NCBI GenBank assembly: GCA_018817715.1
Contig: JAHITT010000004.1
Span: 19,751-83,750 of the forward strand
From: Patescibacteria group bacterium
GTDB taxonomy: Bacteria; Patescibacteriota; Patescibacteriia; Veblenbacterales; UBA10138
DNA: 64,000 nucleotides
Direction of reading: 5' to 3'
Shown here: piece by piece, positions 19,136-29,940 of the stretch
How the letters are laid out: each line of letters opens with the position of its first letter
Numbering within the stretch: position 1 is the first letter of the stretch
Translations under genes and position numbers: made by a program
The notes under the pieces: model-generated
What the model was told of the DNA's origin: nothing
What the model saw: only the letters and a program-made list of their open reading frames with translations
Database searches by the model: none

Positions 19136-20527
19136 ATGCTACCATTTTTTTTACTAACTGTAAAGATACTTATGGCGGAATTTAAAGACTTACCAACTAA
19201 CTCAATCAGTTATCATGAACCACCAGCCGCTCGGGGGAAATTTTTTTTGTATGGGGTTTTTATTCTGCTAAGTCTAACGGTAATTTGGCTAGCCAGACAA
19301 CCTCATGTTCAAGCAACTTTTATTGATTGGAATAATTATTCATTATGGGAAAACGTTAAACGTTTAACTAGTAGTGAAGACAAAGCCTTGCTCGGTGAAA
19401 ACGACGGCCGGATAAATTTTTTGCTGCTCGGCCAAGGTGGTCCAGGACATGACGGACCGTATTTAACCGATACAATTATGCTAGCCAGCTTAGACACCAA
19501 GCATAAAAATGTTGGTTTGTTGTCTTTGCCACGAGACTTAGTAGTTAATATACCCGGTTTTGGTGCCCGTAAAATAAACAATGCCAACGCTTTTGGTGAA
19601 TTAAAAGGCAATGGTTTGGGCCCCTTATTAGCTAAAGAAACTATTAGCCAACTTTTAGACCAACCAATTCATTATTATGTCCGCTTAGATTTTTCTAGTT
19701 TCGTTTCTTTGGTGGATGATTTAGGTGGTTTGCCAATTAATATAGAACAAAGCTTCACCGATAGTCAGTATCCAGGGCCAAACTATAGTTTTACTGTTGT
19801 TAATTTTGAAACCGGTCAACAAACTTTATCTGGCGAAAAAACTTTACAATATGTTCGCTCTAGGCATGGTAGTAATCAACAAGGCTCTGATTTTTCACGA
19901 GCTAAACGTCAACAACAAGTTCTACTAGCTCTAAAAGATCAATTATTATCTGCTAAAACATTATTTAATCCGCGTAAAATTCTCCATCTTTATCAAGATA
20001 TTTCCCAAGGACTACTAACCGATATTACCGCCCAAGAAACAGTTCGGCTAGCTAATTTATTAAGCGGCCTAAAAACCCAAAATATCCGACATCGAATAAT
20101 CGACACTTCACCCGGCGGCCTGCTTAAAGAAGCTACCGGCGGTGACGGAGCTTATTTACTCCTACCTAAAACAGCTGACTATTCTGATATTAAAAAATTA
20201 GCCGCTGATTTACTGGCTAATTCCGGCCCATTGGCCGAAAACCCCTACTTAATCATTGAAAATGGCACCACCATACCTGGTCTAGCTGAATCAGTTACCC
20301 AAACCTTAAAAAATAAAGGCCTAACCAATATAATCTTTGGCAATGCTAATCGCCGTGATTTCCCCCGCACGATATTGTATGATTACAGTGGTGGACAAAA
20401 ACCAGACAGTCGCCAACTACTGGAATCATTTTTCGGTCTAAACGCCGTAACTTTAGAACCAGTAACTACTAATTCCGAACAGGCGGATTTTCGTCTTATT
20501 TTAGGACGTGATCGAGCACCTAACTAA
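19136..20527 (+). CDS. LytR-CpsA-Psr (LCP) family cell-envelope phosphotransferase
   Basis: TM anchor followed by YLTDTIMLASLD...SLPRDL, the LCP signature. Confidence 0.8.
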   Translation: MLPFFLLTVKILMAEFKDLPTNSISYHEPPAARGKFFLYGVFILLSLTVIWLARQPHVQATFIDWNNYSLWENVKRLTSSEDKALLGENDGRINFLLLGQGGPGHDGPYLTDTIMLASLDTKHKNVGLLSLPRDLVVNIPGFGARKINNANAFGELKGNGLGPLLAKETISQLLDQPIHYYVRLDFSSFVSLVDDLGGLPINIEQSFTDSQYPGPNYSFTVVNFETGQQTLSGEKTLQYVRSRHGSNQQGSDFSRAKRQQQVLLALKDQLLSAKTLFNPRKILHLYQDISQGLLTDITAQETVRLANLLSGLKTQNIRHRIIDTSPGGLLKEATGGDGAYLLLPKTADYSDIKKLAADLLANSGPLAENPYLIIENGTTIPGLAESVTQTLKNKGLTNIIFGNANRRDFPRTILYDYSGGQKPDSRQLLESFFGLNAVTLEPVTTNSEQADFRLILGRDRAPN

Positions 20528-20533
20528 AATTTT

Positions 20534-21829
20534 ATGTCTAGACCAGTCAGACCACAAGTATTATTAATCGGCCGAACTAATGTCGGTAAATCCACTTTAT
20601 TGAATCGTCTATCTAGCCAAGGACAATCTCTGGTCTCAGCTGAAAAAGATACCACCCGAGACAATAATTTGGGTTTGGCTAATTGGCGAGATAAAAGTTT
20701 TTTTATTGCTGACAGCGCTGGCTGCTCAGCGAATTTTATCAAACAAACAAAGGATTCACCAACTCATAAACTAATTAAAGAAGTTGATGTGGTGGTAATG
20801 GTTATTGATGGACAAACTGGATTAAGTGACTTAGAAATAAACCTAGCCAAATGGCTTTATCGTTTAAAAAAACCAGTCATCCTGGCGATTAATAAAATAG
20901 ATGGTCAGGCTTGGCGTAATCAAGCGGCCAATATTCATCTAGGTTTTAAAGAAAAAATAATGGTCTCAGCTAAAACCGGCGTCGGCCTGGGTGATTTATT
21001 GGATTTAATCTACAAACACTTAAAAGAAAGCCATCTGCCCAAAGCCAGTTATTGTTTTACTTTAATTGGTAAAACTAATGTCGGTAAATCCTCCTTATTT
21101 AATAAGCTTCTTAGACAAGAAAGAAGTTTAGTGTTGGAAACACCCCATACCACGCGAGATCGACAAACTGATTGGTTTAATTGGCAAGGCAAACTTTTAG
21201 AATTAAGAGATACTGCCGGTGTTAGGCGTCAGCTTCAAGCGGCTCCCCATTTAGAAAAACAAAGTGTCAAACAAACTAAACACAGCTTCACTGATAGTGA
21301 TGGCTTACTGCTAGTTCTAGATGGAAACGAGCCAGCCACCTGGCAAGATCAAAGATTAGCTGGCGAAATAAAAAATAGCGGCTTACCGATTGTTGTACTA
21401 TTAAATAAATCCGATTTAATCAAGGACCAAGAAGATAGAAAATTAGTAAGTAAAAACTTAAGTCACTATTTTCCCTTTATTTCCTTCAGTCCACTACTGT
21501 GGGTGTCGGCGCACAGCCACCAAGGACTAAAAAACGTCATTCCCACACTACTCCAAGTCAGACAAAACGCCGAAAGACAGTTGACCGAAACGGAATTAAA
21601 AAAGTTTTTTGCTTTTTTGAAAAAAACTGAACCAACTCGTAACTTAACTCTAAAAAGTTTCACCCAAACCAGTACGGTACCACCACGTTTTGTTTTAGCA
21701 GTAAAAACCAGAGAACGACTGCCTCAAGCTTTGGGCAACTGGGTGGAAAGTAAACTTAGGCGTCTGTTTGATTTTACTGGCACGCCTATTAAAGTTCGCT
21801 TGCAGGGTGTACGCCAAACTAATACTTAA
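20534..21829 (+). CDS. der: Ribosome-biogenesis GTPase Der (EngA), tandem GTPase domains
   Basis: Two P-loops, GRTNVGKSTLLN and GKTNVGKSSLFN. Confidence 0.9.
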   Translation: MSRPVRPQVLLIGRTNVGKSTLLNRLSSQGQSLVSAEKDTTRDNNLGLANWRDKSFFIADSAGCSANFIKQTKDSPTHKLIKEVDVVVMVIDGQTGLSDLEINLAKWLYRLKKPVILAINKIDGQAWRNQAANIHLGFKEKIMVSAKTGVGLGDLLDLIYKHLKESHLPKASYCFTLIGKTNVGKSSLFNKLLRQERSLVLETPHTTRDRQTDWFNWQGKLLELRDTAGVRRQLQAAPHLEKQSVKQTKHSFTDSDGLLLVLDGNEPATWQDQRLAGEIKNSGLPIVVLLNKSDLIKDQEDRKLVSKNLSHYFPFISFSPLLWVSAHSHQGLKNVIPTLLQVRQNAERQLTETELKKFFAFLKKTEPTRNLTLKSFTQTSTVPPRFVLAVKTRERLPQALGNWVESKLRRLFDFTGTPIKVRLQGVRQTNT

Positions 21830-21832
21830 TTT

Positions 21833-22423
21833 ATGAGTCGTCCCACACCAGACAATTCGCTACTACTGGTCGGCCTAGGCAATCCCGGCTCAGCTTATAA
21901 ATTAACTAGACATAATTTCGGGTGGTTAGTCTTGGACGCCTTAGCTAAAAAACAACAAGCTACCTGGCTTAAACAAAATAAATTTTCTGGAGAATTAGCC
22001 TCTTTTAAACTGGCTAGCCAAACCATTCGTCTACTTAAACCTCTAACGTTTATGAATCAATCTGGTTTAAGCGTTAAACTGGTAACAGATTATTTTAAAA
22101 TCAAAAAAAATAATATCTGGTTATTACATGATGATTTAGACTTACCCTTAGGTAGTATTCGGTTATCCTATCAAGCCAGTGCCGCCGGACACAATGGCGT
22201 CCAAAGCATCTTTAAGGCTTTAGATAAAATAATTGATTGGCGGTTCCGTTTAGGTTTAGGCCGATCAGATCAAAATATACCTACTGAATCTTTTGTTTTA
22301 CAAAAATTTTCAACAACCGAACAAAAAATAGTAAAAAAAACGATTACTCTAGCTGTGGCTCTTTTGGAACAAAGTTTGGCCACCAGCCAACCAACTTCAC
22401 AAACTAGAACAATCAACAAATAA
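21833..22423 (+). CDS. pth: Peptidyl-tRNA hydrolase
   Basis: LLVGLGNPGSAYKLTRHNFGW signature. Confidence 0.9.
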   Translation: MSRPTPDNSLLLVGLGNPGSAYKLTRHNFGWLVLDALAKKQQATWLKQNKFSGELASFKLASQTIRLLKPLTFMNQSGLSVKLVTDYFKIKKNNIWLLHDDLDLPLGSIRLSYQASAAGHNGVQSIFKALDKIIDWRFRLGLGRSDQNIPTESFVLQKFSTTEQKIVKKTITLAVALLEQSLATSQPTSQTRTINK

Positions 22424-22712
22424 TTTTACTATCCTTCTTTAAAAAAATTAAAAATACCAACCCTATAAAAAGGTTGGCTTATAAACTGGTTTATAATTTT
22501 TGTGCTTAAGTCTACTTATCAGCGTTAAACGATCCAGAAAACTGGTTCAGCCTAACTTTGCAGATGTCTCTCATTAAGGAGGGGTCACAAGAGGCATCAC
22601 TGACAAGTAGACCAAAACACACAAAATATATTAGTAGGCAAAATCTTATCACAAGATTAAGCTACTGTCAACAGTATAACAAACAAATTAGTCAAACAAA
22701 AACCTATTATTC

Positions 22713-25700
22713 ATGCTTAAAAATAACCTGCCTAACAACCTGTCGGCCCAGGCTTATTTTATCGCCAATCTCCCCCCCACCGCTCTTAATAACGGTGTTT
22801 TGTGGTACTTAACCAACGCCAAATTACAACCAGTCGCCCAAGCCTTATTAAAATTTTTTATCAAACTTAATCAACAGCCAATCAAACTATTTAATTGGCC
22901 AGAAAACTTTATTGATTGGCTGGCAACCAACCAACACCCACAAGCTAATATTTTAACTCTGCCAGCTGAATACCTAAACTTAAGTTTACCTAATGCTACT
23001 AGTTTATCTAAAGGCCAAATTATTCTGAAAGTAGGCCAAATTATAAAACCCCTAGCTGTCCTAAATCATTTGCAATCGGTCGGTTATCAACCTGGACCCT
23101 TAGTGGACCAAGGCGGTTGGTTTGTAAAAAAAGGCGGTCTGTTGCAGATAACTGATCAAGCAACTAGTTGGCTTATATCTTGGAACAACAATACCATCGA
23201 AAACATTCAACAATTTAATTTGGAAACCGAAAGCCCTCTTAAACAAATAAGCGCTATTACTCTAGCGCCCCTAAGACTGACTGCCGATCCTAACTGCACA
23301 ATAAAAAACTTTCTTAAACCAACCAGCCAACTAATAGCGGCGCCAATAAATTTAGACTGGTCTAGAATTAAACGTCTTAACTGTGATCCCCTACAACCTT
23401 CTCCCAGCTTTACCAACTTGCCTCGTTTTGGCAAACAATGGGATTTATTTTACTCTTATTTGCAAAATCAATTGGCTCAAGGCCAAACTATAAAAATAAT
23501 AACTGCCGAACCAATCGACCTAAAATACCACCTCCAAGACTATTTAAACAAAGTTGAATTAATCGAAGCACCAGCTGATTTAATAAATGAGCTAACTGGT
23601 TTTAAAGATTTGATTAAACAAACTATTTTTTTAACCGACCGAGAAATCATCGGCCTAAGTCAAAGACAAAAAACAACCGGCCTTAAATCTTATGAAAAAA
23701 TTTCCGCTGGTGATTATCTCGTTCATATTGACCATGGCATTGGACGCTTTGAGGGATTAAATGAACAAACAGTTGACGGCCTAACCCGAGAATACTTTGC
23801 CTTAAGCTATGCCGATGATGATAAACTTTATGTACCCATTGAACATACCGACCGTTTATCGCGTTATTTGGGCAATCCCCACCCTAAACTACAACGTCTT
23901 AGTAGCGCCAGTTGGTGGCAAATAACCAAAAAAGTAAAAGCTGAAGCTATGGCTTTAGCTAGTGAACTTTTACAACTCTATGCCCAGCGCCAACAAAGTC
24001 AAACTAAAGCTTGGCAACAATTTCCCGAAGAAGAAGTACTAGCTGCTTCTTTCCCCTGGCCGCTGACCGCCGACCAATTAAAAACCTGGCAGGATATTAC
24101 AGCTGATTTAGAACAAAATAAACCCATGGATCGGCTAATTTGTGGCGACGTTGGTTTTGGTAAAACTGAACTAGCTGTCCGAGCCAGTTTAAAAGCAATT
24201 CTGAACGGTTACCAAGTGGCCCTACTGGCCCCGACGACTATTCTAGCTCAACAACATTTTGACACTTTTAGTCAAAGGTTAAAAAAATTTCCTATAACTT
24301 TAGGCCTACTGACCAGAGCTCAAGGCTCAGCAACTATTAAACAGATTAAACAAAATTTAACCAATCAAAAAATTGACATTGCTATAGGTACGCACGCTTT
24401 ATTATCCAATGATGTAATCTTTAAAAAATTAGGCTTATTAGTAATTGATGAAGAGCAACGATTCGGCGTTAAACAAAAAGACCAGCTTAAAAAAATCCGG
24501 CCCGACTTACATGTTATCTCCTTGTCCGCCACACCTATACCCAGAACTTTAAATTTAGCCTTAGCTAACATTCGAGATTTATCCCTTATTAATACTCCAC
24601 CTAGCAACCGCTTATCCATAAAAACTTTGGTCCAACCTGAAAGTAACCAACTTATTAAACAAGCTATTACTTTAGAAATTAATCGTGGGGGACAAGTTTT
24701 TTATTTAGTCAACCGCATTAAGGATTTGCCAGCCGTCCAAAATAAATTAAAAAAACTACTACCTCATTTAACCCTAGGGGTCATCCACGGCCAAATGTCA
24801 CCTAAAAATGTCGCTGACACCATGCACCGGTTTGACCAAGGACAATTAAGCTTACTCTTGGCCACAGCCATGATAGAACACGGATTGGATTTTCCTAACG
24901 TTAATACTTTACTGGTAGAAAAAGCTGACCGGTTTGGTTTGGCTGATTTATACCAATTGCGTGGTCGCGTTGGCCGCAGTTCCACCCAAGCCTATGCTTA
25001 TTTTTTAATTGGCCCCAAACCAACCAGCCAGGCCACCAACCGGCTAAACAGTTTACTAGAAGCAGAAAGTTTAGGTAGTGGCTTAAGCTTGGCTTTAAAA
25101 GATATTGAATTGCGAGGCGCTGGTGCTATTTTAGGCAAAGAACAACATGGCAATGTATCGGCGGTTGGCCTGCATCTTTACGGCCAGCTTCTCCAACAAG
25201 CGGTGGCTGAAATAAAAAATAACCAACCTTCTCCCACTATACCCGAAGTTATGTTGCGTTTACCTTTGGAGGCCAGACTTAGCCCACAATTAAACCTAAG
25301 CCAAAGTGCCAGGCTAAACCTGTATCAAAAATTAGCCGCTGTTCGCCAACCAAACGAATTACTAAACGAAGCAACTACTTTATTAGGTCGACCTTTAAAT
25401 AACGACCAACCAGATCAATTACTTAAAAATTTACTAACCCTGCTAGAAATAAAACTTTTAGCCGAACAAGCCAGACTGCGAGAAGTCTCTTGTCAAAGCG
25501 GTTCCCACTTTGGTCAATTTATTTTGCGTTGGTTAGAAAAACCCTCGCCAGAAATTAACCAACGATTAAAAAATTTCGACCCCAGCTGGCGCCAAACAGA
25601 AACTGGTTGGCAAGCTCATCATCCTTTAGCCGCCGGCGCTTGGCTTCCCTGGCTTAAAGAAAGTCTGCGACAAATTAAAAAATCAACCTGGCTTAACTAA
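22713..25700 (+). CDS. mfd: Transcription-repair coupling factor Mfd (shortened N-terminus)
   Basis: DYLVHIDHGIGRF (RNA polymerase-interaction domain), GDVGFGKTE motif I, DEEQRFG, superfamily 2 helicase C-terminal domain. Confidence 0.85.
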   Translation: MLKNNLPNNLSAQAYFIANLPPTALNNGVLWYLTNAKLQPVAQALLKFFIKLNQQPIKLFNWPENFIDWLATNQHPQANILTLPAEYLNLSLPNATSLSKGQIILKVGQIIKPLAVLNHLQSVGYQPGPLVDQGGWFVKKGGLLQITDQATSWLISWNNNTIENIQQFNLETESPLKQISAITLAPLRLTADPNCTIKNFLKPTSQLIAAPINLDWSRIKRLNCDPLQPSPSFTNLPRFGKQWDLFYSYLQNQLAQGQTIKIITAEPIDLKYHLQDYLNKVELIEAPADLINELTGFKDLIKQTIFLTDREIIGLSQRQKTTGLKSYEKISAGDYLVHIDHGIGRFEGLNEQTVDGLTREYFALSYADDDKLYVPIEHTDRLSRYLGNPHPKLQRLSSASWWQITKKVKAEAMALASELLQLYAQRQQSQTKAWQQFPEEEVLAASFPWPLTADQLKTWQDITADLEQNKPMDRLICGDVGFGKTELAVRASLKAILNGYQVALLAPTTILAQQHFDTFSQRLKKFPITLGLLTRAQGSATIKQIKQNLTNQKIDIAIGTHALLSNDVIFKKLGLLVIDEEQRFGVKQKDQLKKIRPDLHVISLSATPIPRTLNLALANIRDLSLINTPPSNRLSIKTLVQPESNQLIKQAITLEINRGGQVFYLVNRIKDLPAVQNKLKKLLPHLTLGVIHGQMSPKNVADTMHRFDQGQLSLLLATAMIEHGLDFPNVNTLLVEKADRFGLADLYQLRGRVGRSSTQAYAYFLIGPKPTSQATNRLNSLLEAESLGSGLSLALKDIELRGAGAILGKEQHGNVSAVGLHLYGQLLQQAVAEIKNNQPSPTIPEVMLRLPLEARLSPQLNLSQSARLNLYQKLAAVRQPNELLNEATTLLGRPLNNDQPDQLLKNLLTLLEIKLLAEQARLREVSCQSGSHFGQFILRWLEKPSPEINQRLKNFDPSWRQTETGWQAHHPLAAGAWLPWLKESLRQIKKSTWLN

Positions 25701-25774
25701 ATAAATAACTTGCCCATAAACCAGTTATTTATTTATAATCACTAATATAAGCAGTCTAAATTTAGGAGGAATTT

Positions 25775-26860
25775 ATGACTAATTTAACAGAAGAGCGCTT
25801 GTACTATCTGGCCTGGTCTTGGTTTTATAAAGTTGGACCAACTAAAATAAACCAGCTAACAAAAAAATTCGGCAGTTTAACCAAAGCCTGGCACGGCTCA
25901 ACCAGCGCTTTTAATAAATTAGGCTGGGAAGAAAAATTAATAGCCGACTTTTTAACTTATCGCCAATCAACCGAACCTAGTGCCCTTAAAGCTAAATTGC
26001 AACAACTTAATATAGATTTTTGCACGCCGCTAGATAAAGCTTACCCCGACTTACTTAAACAAATTTGTTCCCCGCCGACTGTTATTTACTACCAAGGCGA
26101 TATTACCATTTTAAGTAAACGTTGTTTGGCAATTGTTGGCAGCCGGCGCCCCACCGCTTACGGACAAAGATTAACCGAAGAATTAGCTTCAGCTGCGGCT
26201 CGAGCCGGTTTAACCATTGTTTCTGGTTTGGCTTATGGTATTGATGCCATTGCCCACTTAGCTTGTCTAAAACAAAACGGCTCAGCAGCTGCTGTACTGG
26301 CCGGTGGCTTGGATGATATTTATCCCAAAATCAATTATCACCTGGCCCAAAAAATAATAGACTGCAGTGGACTACTGCTTAGCGAATATCCACCGGGCAC
26401 ACCTTCGCTAAAACAACATTTCCCTTTGCGTAACCGTCTGATTGCCGGACTTAGCCAAGCCATTTTAATAACTGAAGCCGCGGCCAATTCTGGTTCTTTA
26501 ATTACTGCTCGTTTGGGGCTGGATTACAATCGGGAAATCGCCGCCGTACCCGGTAGTATTTATTCTGCCTTATCCCAAGGCTGCTTGGAGCTTATTAAAC
26601 AAGGTGCTAAAACTATTTGTTCAACCAAAGACCTTCTGGAAATTTTTAATTTGGTGGCCAGTGACCATCAACCAACCGAATCTCTAACTTTAGACGAAGA
26701 AAAATTTTTAAAAGATTTACCTTTGCAAAGTCTGCCTTTAAAACAAATTATGGAACTAACCGGCCAATCAGCCAGTCAAGTTTTAGCCAACTTATCCGTC
26801 TTGGAAATAAAAGGTTATATTAAATCCTTGGACGGCGAAAATTTCTCGCGTTTATACTAA
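25775..26860 (+). CDS. dprA: DNA-processing protein DprA
   Basis: AIVGSRRPTAYG, GLAYGIDAIAH. Confidence 0.85.
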   Translation: MTNLTEERLYYLAWSWFYKVGPTKINQLTKKFGSLTKAWHGSTSAFNKLGWEEKLIADFLTYRQSTEPSALKAKLQQLNIDFCTPLDKAYPDLLKQICSPPTVIYYQGDITILSKRCLAIVGSRRPTAYGQRLTEELASAAARAGLTIVSGLAYGIDAIAHLACLKQNGSAAAVLAGGLDDIYPKINYHLAQKIIDCSGLLLSEYPPGTPSLKQHFPLRNRLIAGLSQAILITEAAANSGSLITARLGLDYNREIAAVPGSIYSALSQGCLELIKQGAKTICSTKDLLEIFNLVASDHQPTESLTLDEEKFLKDLPLQSLPLKQIMELTGQSASQVLANLSVLEIKGYIKSLDGENFSRLY

Positions 26861-26944
26861 AATCTTAATGAACCAGTTTGACAAGTGGATAAAGCTGTAG
26901 TATCTGTTAGAAATGATTAGGTTTGATAATTTATTTATATTTTT

Positions 26945-29497
26945 GTGGCTAATAACTTAGTTATCGTTGAATCTCCTACCAAAGCCAGAACCATTGGCAA
27001 ATTTTTAGATTCCTCTTACCAAGTGGTGTCGTCCTACGGGCATATTCGTGATTTACCTAAATCCAAATTGGGTATTGATTTGGAAAACAACTTCTCACCC
27101 GATTATATTATTTCACCAGGAGCCAAAAAAAATGTCACGGCCTTAAAAAGTCAAATCAAAAAAATCGATATAGTTTATTTGGCAACAGACGAAGACCGCG
27201 AAGGTGAAGCCATTGCCTGGCATTTAGCTGAAGTTTTGGCTTTAAAACCTAAGCAAACCAAAAGAATTGTTTTTCACGAAATCACTCAAGAAGCTATTAC
27301 TGCCGCTTTACAAAAACCTCGGCAAATTAATGATAATTTAGTCAAAGCCCAAGAAGCTAGGCGTTTGCTGGACAGATTATATGGCTATAGTGTCTCGCCG
27401 ATTCTGTGGCGCAAAATAAAACCCGGTTTATCAGCCGGCCGAGTGCAAAGTGTAGCGGTTAAACTTATTGTGGAACGAGAAAAATTACGCCTTAAATTTA
27501 AATCCAGTCAATTTTGGGATATTGCGGCTGACTTTATGGCTAAAGGCGGACAATTCCAAGCCCAACTAACCGAATTTAATAACCAACCAGTAGCCAGCGG
27601 CAAAGATTTTAACGCCGACACTGGACAACTTAAAAATAAGCTAGCTGTTTGGTTAAAACAAACTGAAACGGAAAAATTAATTCAAGATTTACAAAACCAA
27701 ACCGGTACTATTAGCCAAGTCGACAGTAAACCGTTTAACGAAAACCCTTGGCCACCTTTTACCACCAGTACCTTACAACAAGAAGCAAACCGCAAATTAA
27801 GATACTCGGCCAGGCGCACCATGCAATTAGCCCAAAGTTTATATGAACAAGGTTACATTACCTACATGCGTACCGATTCCACCTTGCTGTCTCAACAAGC
27901 TTTAACCGCCGCCCGGCAATGGATTAAAGAACAATACGGCGATAAATATTTAAGCCCGCAAGTCAGACAATACCAAACCACTAGCAAAAACGCTCAAGAA
28001 GCTCACGAAGCCATTCGACCAGCTGGTTCAACTTTCCAACCTTTAACTCTAGTTAAACAACAAGTCGACGAAGACGCTTTTAAACTTTACGAACTAATTT
28101 GGAAAAGAACTGTGGCTTCGCAAATGGCTTCCAGTCAAGGTGTACGCTTAACCGTTAAAGTAACTGTTAGTCAGGCGATTTTTACAGCCAAAGGAAAAAC
28201 TTTTAGTTTTGATGGCTACCGCCGAGCCTATATAGAAGGTTCCGATGACCCAGAAACCGATTTAACCGAACTGGAAACCGTTCTGCCACCCTTAACCAAA
28301 AACGAATCAGTTAAAGCCTTGGCCATGCAAGCCAAAGAACATCTTACCCAACCGCCCAACCGTTTAACTGAAGCGGCTTTGGTAAAAGAAATGGAAACTC
28401 GCGGTATTGGCCGACCATCTACTTACGCCGCCATTATTGAAACAATCCTGCGCCGTGAATATGTAAATAAAAAAGGCACAGCCTTAGTACCGACCTTTAC
28501 CGCCTTTGCTGTTACTAATTTATTAGATCAATATTTAAGCCAATTTATTGATTACAATTTTACCGCGCAGATGGAAGATAAATTGGACAATATTGCTTTA
28601 GGTCAAGGCGACCATAAAGATTACTTACGCGACTTTTACTTTGGCAATAATCAAACCGGACTACAACCGATTTTAGAACATGTTAAAGATCAAATAGATC
28701 CCCGCTTAACCAGCGGCGTAACCATTGGCCAAAAAGACGACCAACCGATTGAAGTGCGCATTGGCCGTTATGGCCCCTTTATCCGCTGGCAAGATAAAAC
28801 CGTTAGCCTGCCTATAGATATTACGCCCGACGAATTAACAGTGGACAAAGCCTTAGAATTATTACAAACCGGTGGCAACGGCCCTAAAGAATTAGGCACC
28901 CATCCTGATAACGGACAAACTATTTATGTTAAAGTGGGCAGGTTCGGCCCCTATGTTCAATTGGGCGAAACACCGACCAAAACTGGCGATAAAGCCAAAG
29001 ACAAATTATTACCTAAACCCAAAATGGCTTCTTTGCTTAAAGATATGTCGCCGGACACGGTTACTTTAGAACAAGCTTTAGAATTATTAAGCTTACCCAA
29101 AGAAATCGGTCTTAATCCTAAAAATAACGAAATCATTTGGGCCGCCAACGGACGATTCGGTCCTTATATTAAATGCGGAATAGACACCAGAAGTTTAAAC
29201 AATGGCTTAACACCTCTTAATGTTACTTTAGAACAAGCTTTAGAACTTTTGGCTCAAGATAAAAAAACCAGCCGTCGCACCGCCGAAACTCTTAAAGAAC
29301 TAGGCCAGAGCGAAGACGGTAAAACCATTAAAGTAATGAACGGCCGCTACGGCCCTTATGTGTCAGATGGCAAAACCAATGCCACCCTGCCCAAAAACGA
29401 ATCCGCTGAAACAATTACTTTAGCTAAGGCTTTGGAACTGATACAAGAAAAACAAGGCAAGCCTAAAAAAAGACGCCGTAGTAAGAAATCTGAATAA
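26945..29497 (+). CDS. topA: DNA topoisomerase I
   Basis: Toprim N-terminus LVIVESPTKARTI. C-terminal repeated GRFGPY/GRYGPY modules. Confidence 0.9.
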   Translation: MANNLVIVESPTKARTIGKFLDSSYQVVSSYGHIRDLPKSKLGIDLENNFSPDYIISPGAKKNVTALKSQIKKIDIVYLATDEDREGEAIAWHLAEVLALKPKQTKRIVFHEITQEAITAALQKPRQINDNLVKAQEARRLLDRLYGYSVSPILWRKIKPGLSAGRVQSVAVKLIVEREKLRLKFKSSQFWDIAADFMAKGGQFQAQLTEFNNQPVASGKDFNADTGQLKNKLAVWLKQTETEKLIQDLQNQTGTISQVDSKPFNENPWPPFTTSTLQQEANRKLRYSARRTMQLAQSLYEQGYITYMRTDSTLLSQQALTAARQWIKEQYGDKYLSPQVRQYQTTSKNAQEAHEAIRPAGSTFQPLTLVKQQVDEDAFKLYELIWKRTVASQMASSQGVRLTVKVTVSQAIFTAKGKTFSFDGYRRAYIEGSDDPETDLTELETVLPPLTKNESVKALAMQAKEHLTQPPNRLTEAALVKEMETRGIGRPSTYAAIIETILRREYVNKKGTALVPTFTAFAVTNLLDQYLSQFIDYNFTAQMEDKLDNIALGQGDHKDYLRDFYFGNNQTGLQPILEHVKDQIDPRLTSGVTIGQKDDQPIEVRIGRYGPFIRWQDKTVSLPIDITPDELTVDKALELLQTGGNGPKELGTHPDNGQTIYVKVGRFGPYVQLGETPTKTGDKAKDKLLPKPKMASLLKDMSPDTVTLEQALELLSLPKEIGLNPKNNEIIWAANGRFGPYIKCGIDTRSLNNGLTPLNVTLEQALELLAQDKKTSRRTAETLKELGQSEDGKTIKVMNGRYGPYVSDGKTNATLPKNESAETITLAKALELIQEKQGKPKKRRRSKKSE

Positions 29498-29517
29498 TTA
29501 ATCAAATTTTATTTAAC

Positions 29518-29550
29518 CAACCCCTTGCCTAGCAAAGGGTTGGTTTTTTA
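29518..29550 (+). terminator. Intrinsic terminator after topA
   Basis: Hairpin ccaaccccttgcctagcaaagggttgg followed by tttttta. Confidence 0.6.
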
Positions 29551-29567
29551 TTTCTGCCTTTATCAAC

Positions 29568-29856
29568 TATGTCATTGCAAGCGTAAATGACTTGTCCGCT
29601 TGTCATTGCGAGGAATGTAATGACGAAGCAATCTAAATCTTATGAACAACTTACTTAATCAAACCTGTCAGCCTTGCGAAGGAGGAAGCAATCCAGATCG
29701 CCTCAGTCCCCCGCGGCCGCGGGGTCTTTCGCGATGACAAAAAGAATATGTCACTACGAGGAAGAGGTCTCGCGCGTACGCGGGGGACGACTGACGTGGC
29801 AATCTAGACTGCCATGTTTCACCCGCCTTTGGCAGATTCGCTCGCAGTGACATAAT
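29568..29856. other. GC-rich nested-palindrome element (structured ncRNA or MITE-like), unidentified
   Basis: About 290 bp, far more GC-rich than flanking sequence. Terminal inverted repeats tatgtcattgcaagcg / cgctcgcagtgacata. Internal copies of GTCAYYGCGAG in both orientations. Perfect palindromes cccgcggccgcggg and cgcgtacgcg. Segment GCGAAGGAGGAAGCAAUCCAGAU loosely resembles SRP RNA domain IV. Confidence 0.35.
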
Positions 29857-29908
29857 GATTTATAGTTTTATTTCATCTTTTAAATTCTAAGTTTATTCAA
29901 CTAACCAT

Positions 29909-29940
29909 TGACAAATCCCCCATTTAGGTGTATTATATAT
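29909..29940 (+). promoter_or_regulatory. Sigma70-like promoter (TTGACA, 17-nt spacer, TATTAT)
   Basis: ttgacaaatcccccatttaggtgtattatat read directly. Confidence 0.4.

Noticed and set aside
22558-22812. 84-aa ORF upstream of and overlapping the mfd start
   Set aside because: It has no resemblance to the Mfd N-terminal domains and shows low complexity. It is probably the non-coding leader read in the wrong frame. A frameshifted mfd N-terminus cannot be fully excluded.
29668-29853. 61-aa Arg-rich ORF on the minus strand inside the GC-rich palindromic element
   Set aside because: It lies wholly within a palindrome-dense element. Its composition (R, G, P) is what GC-rich non-coding DNA produces by chance, and there is no RBS.
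29568-29856. tmRNA or RNase P RNA as identity of the GC-rich element
   Set aside because: No GGUUCGAnUCC T-arm or CCA terminus. No convincing P4 or ACAGAAnCCGGCUUA motifs on either strand. The SRP-like similarity is only partial, so the element is left unassigned.
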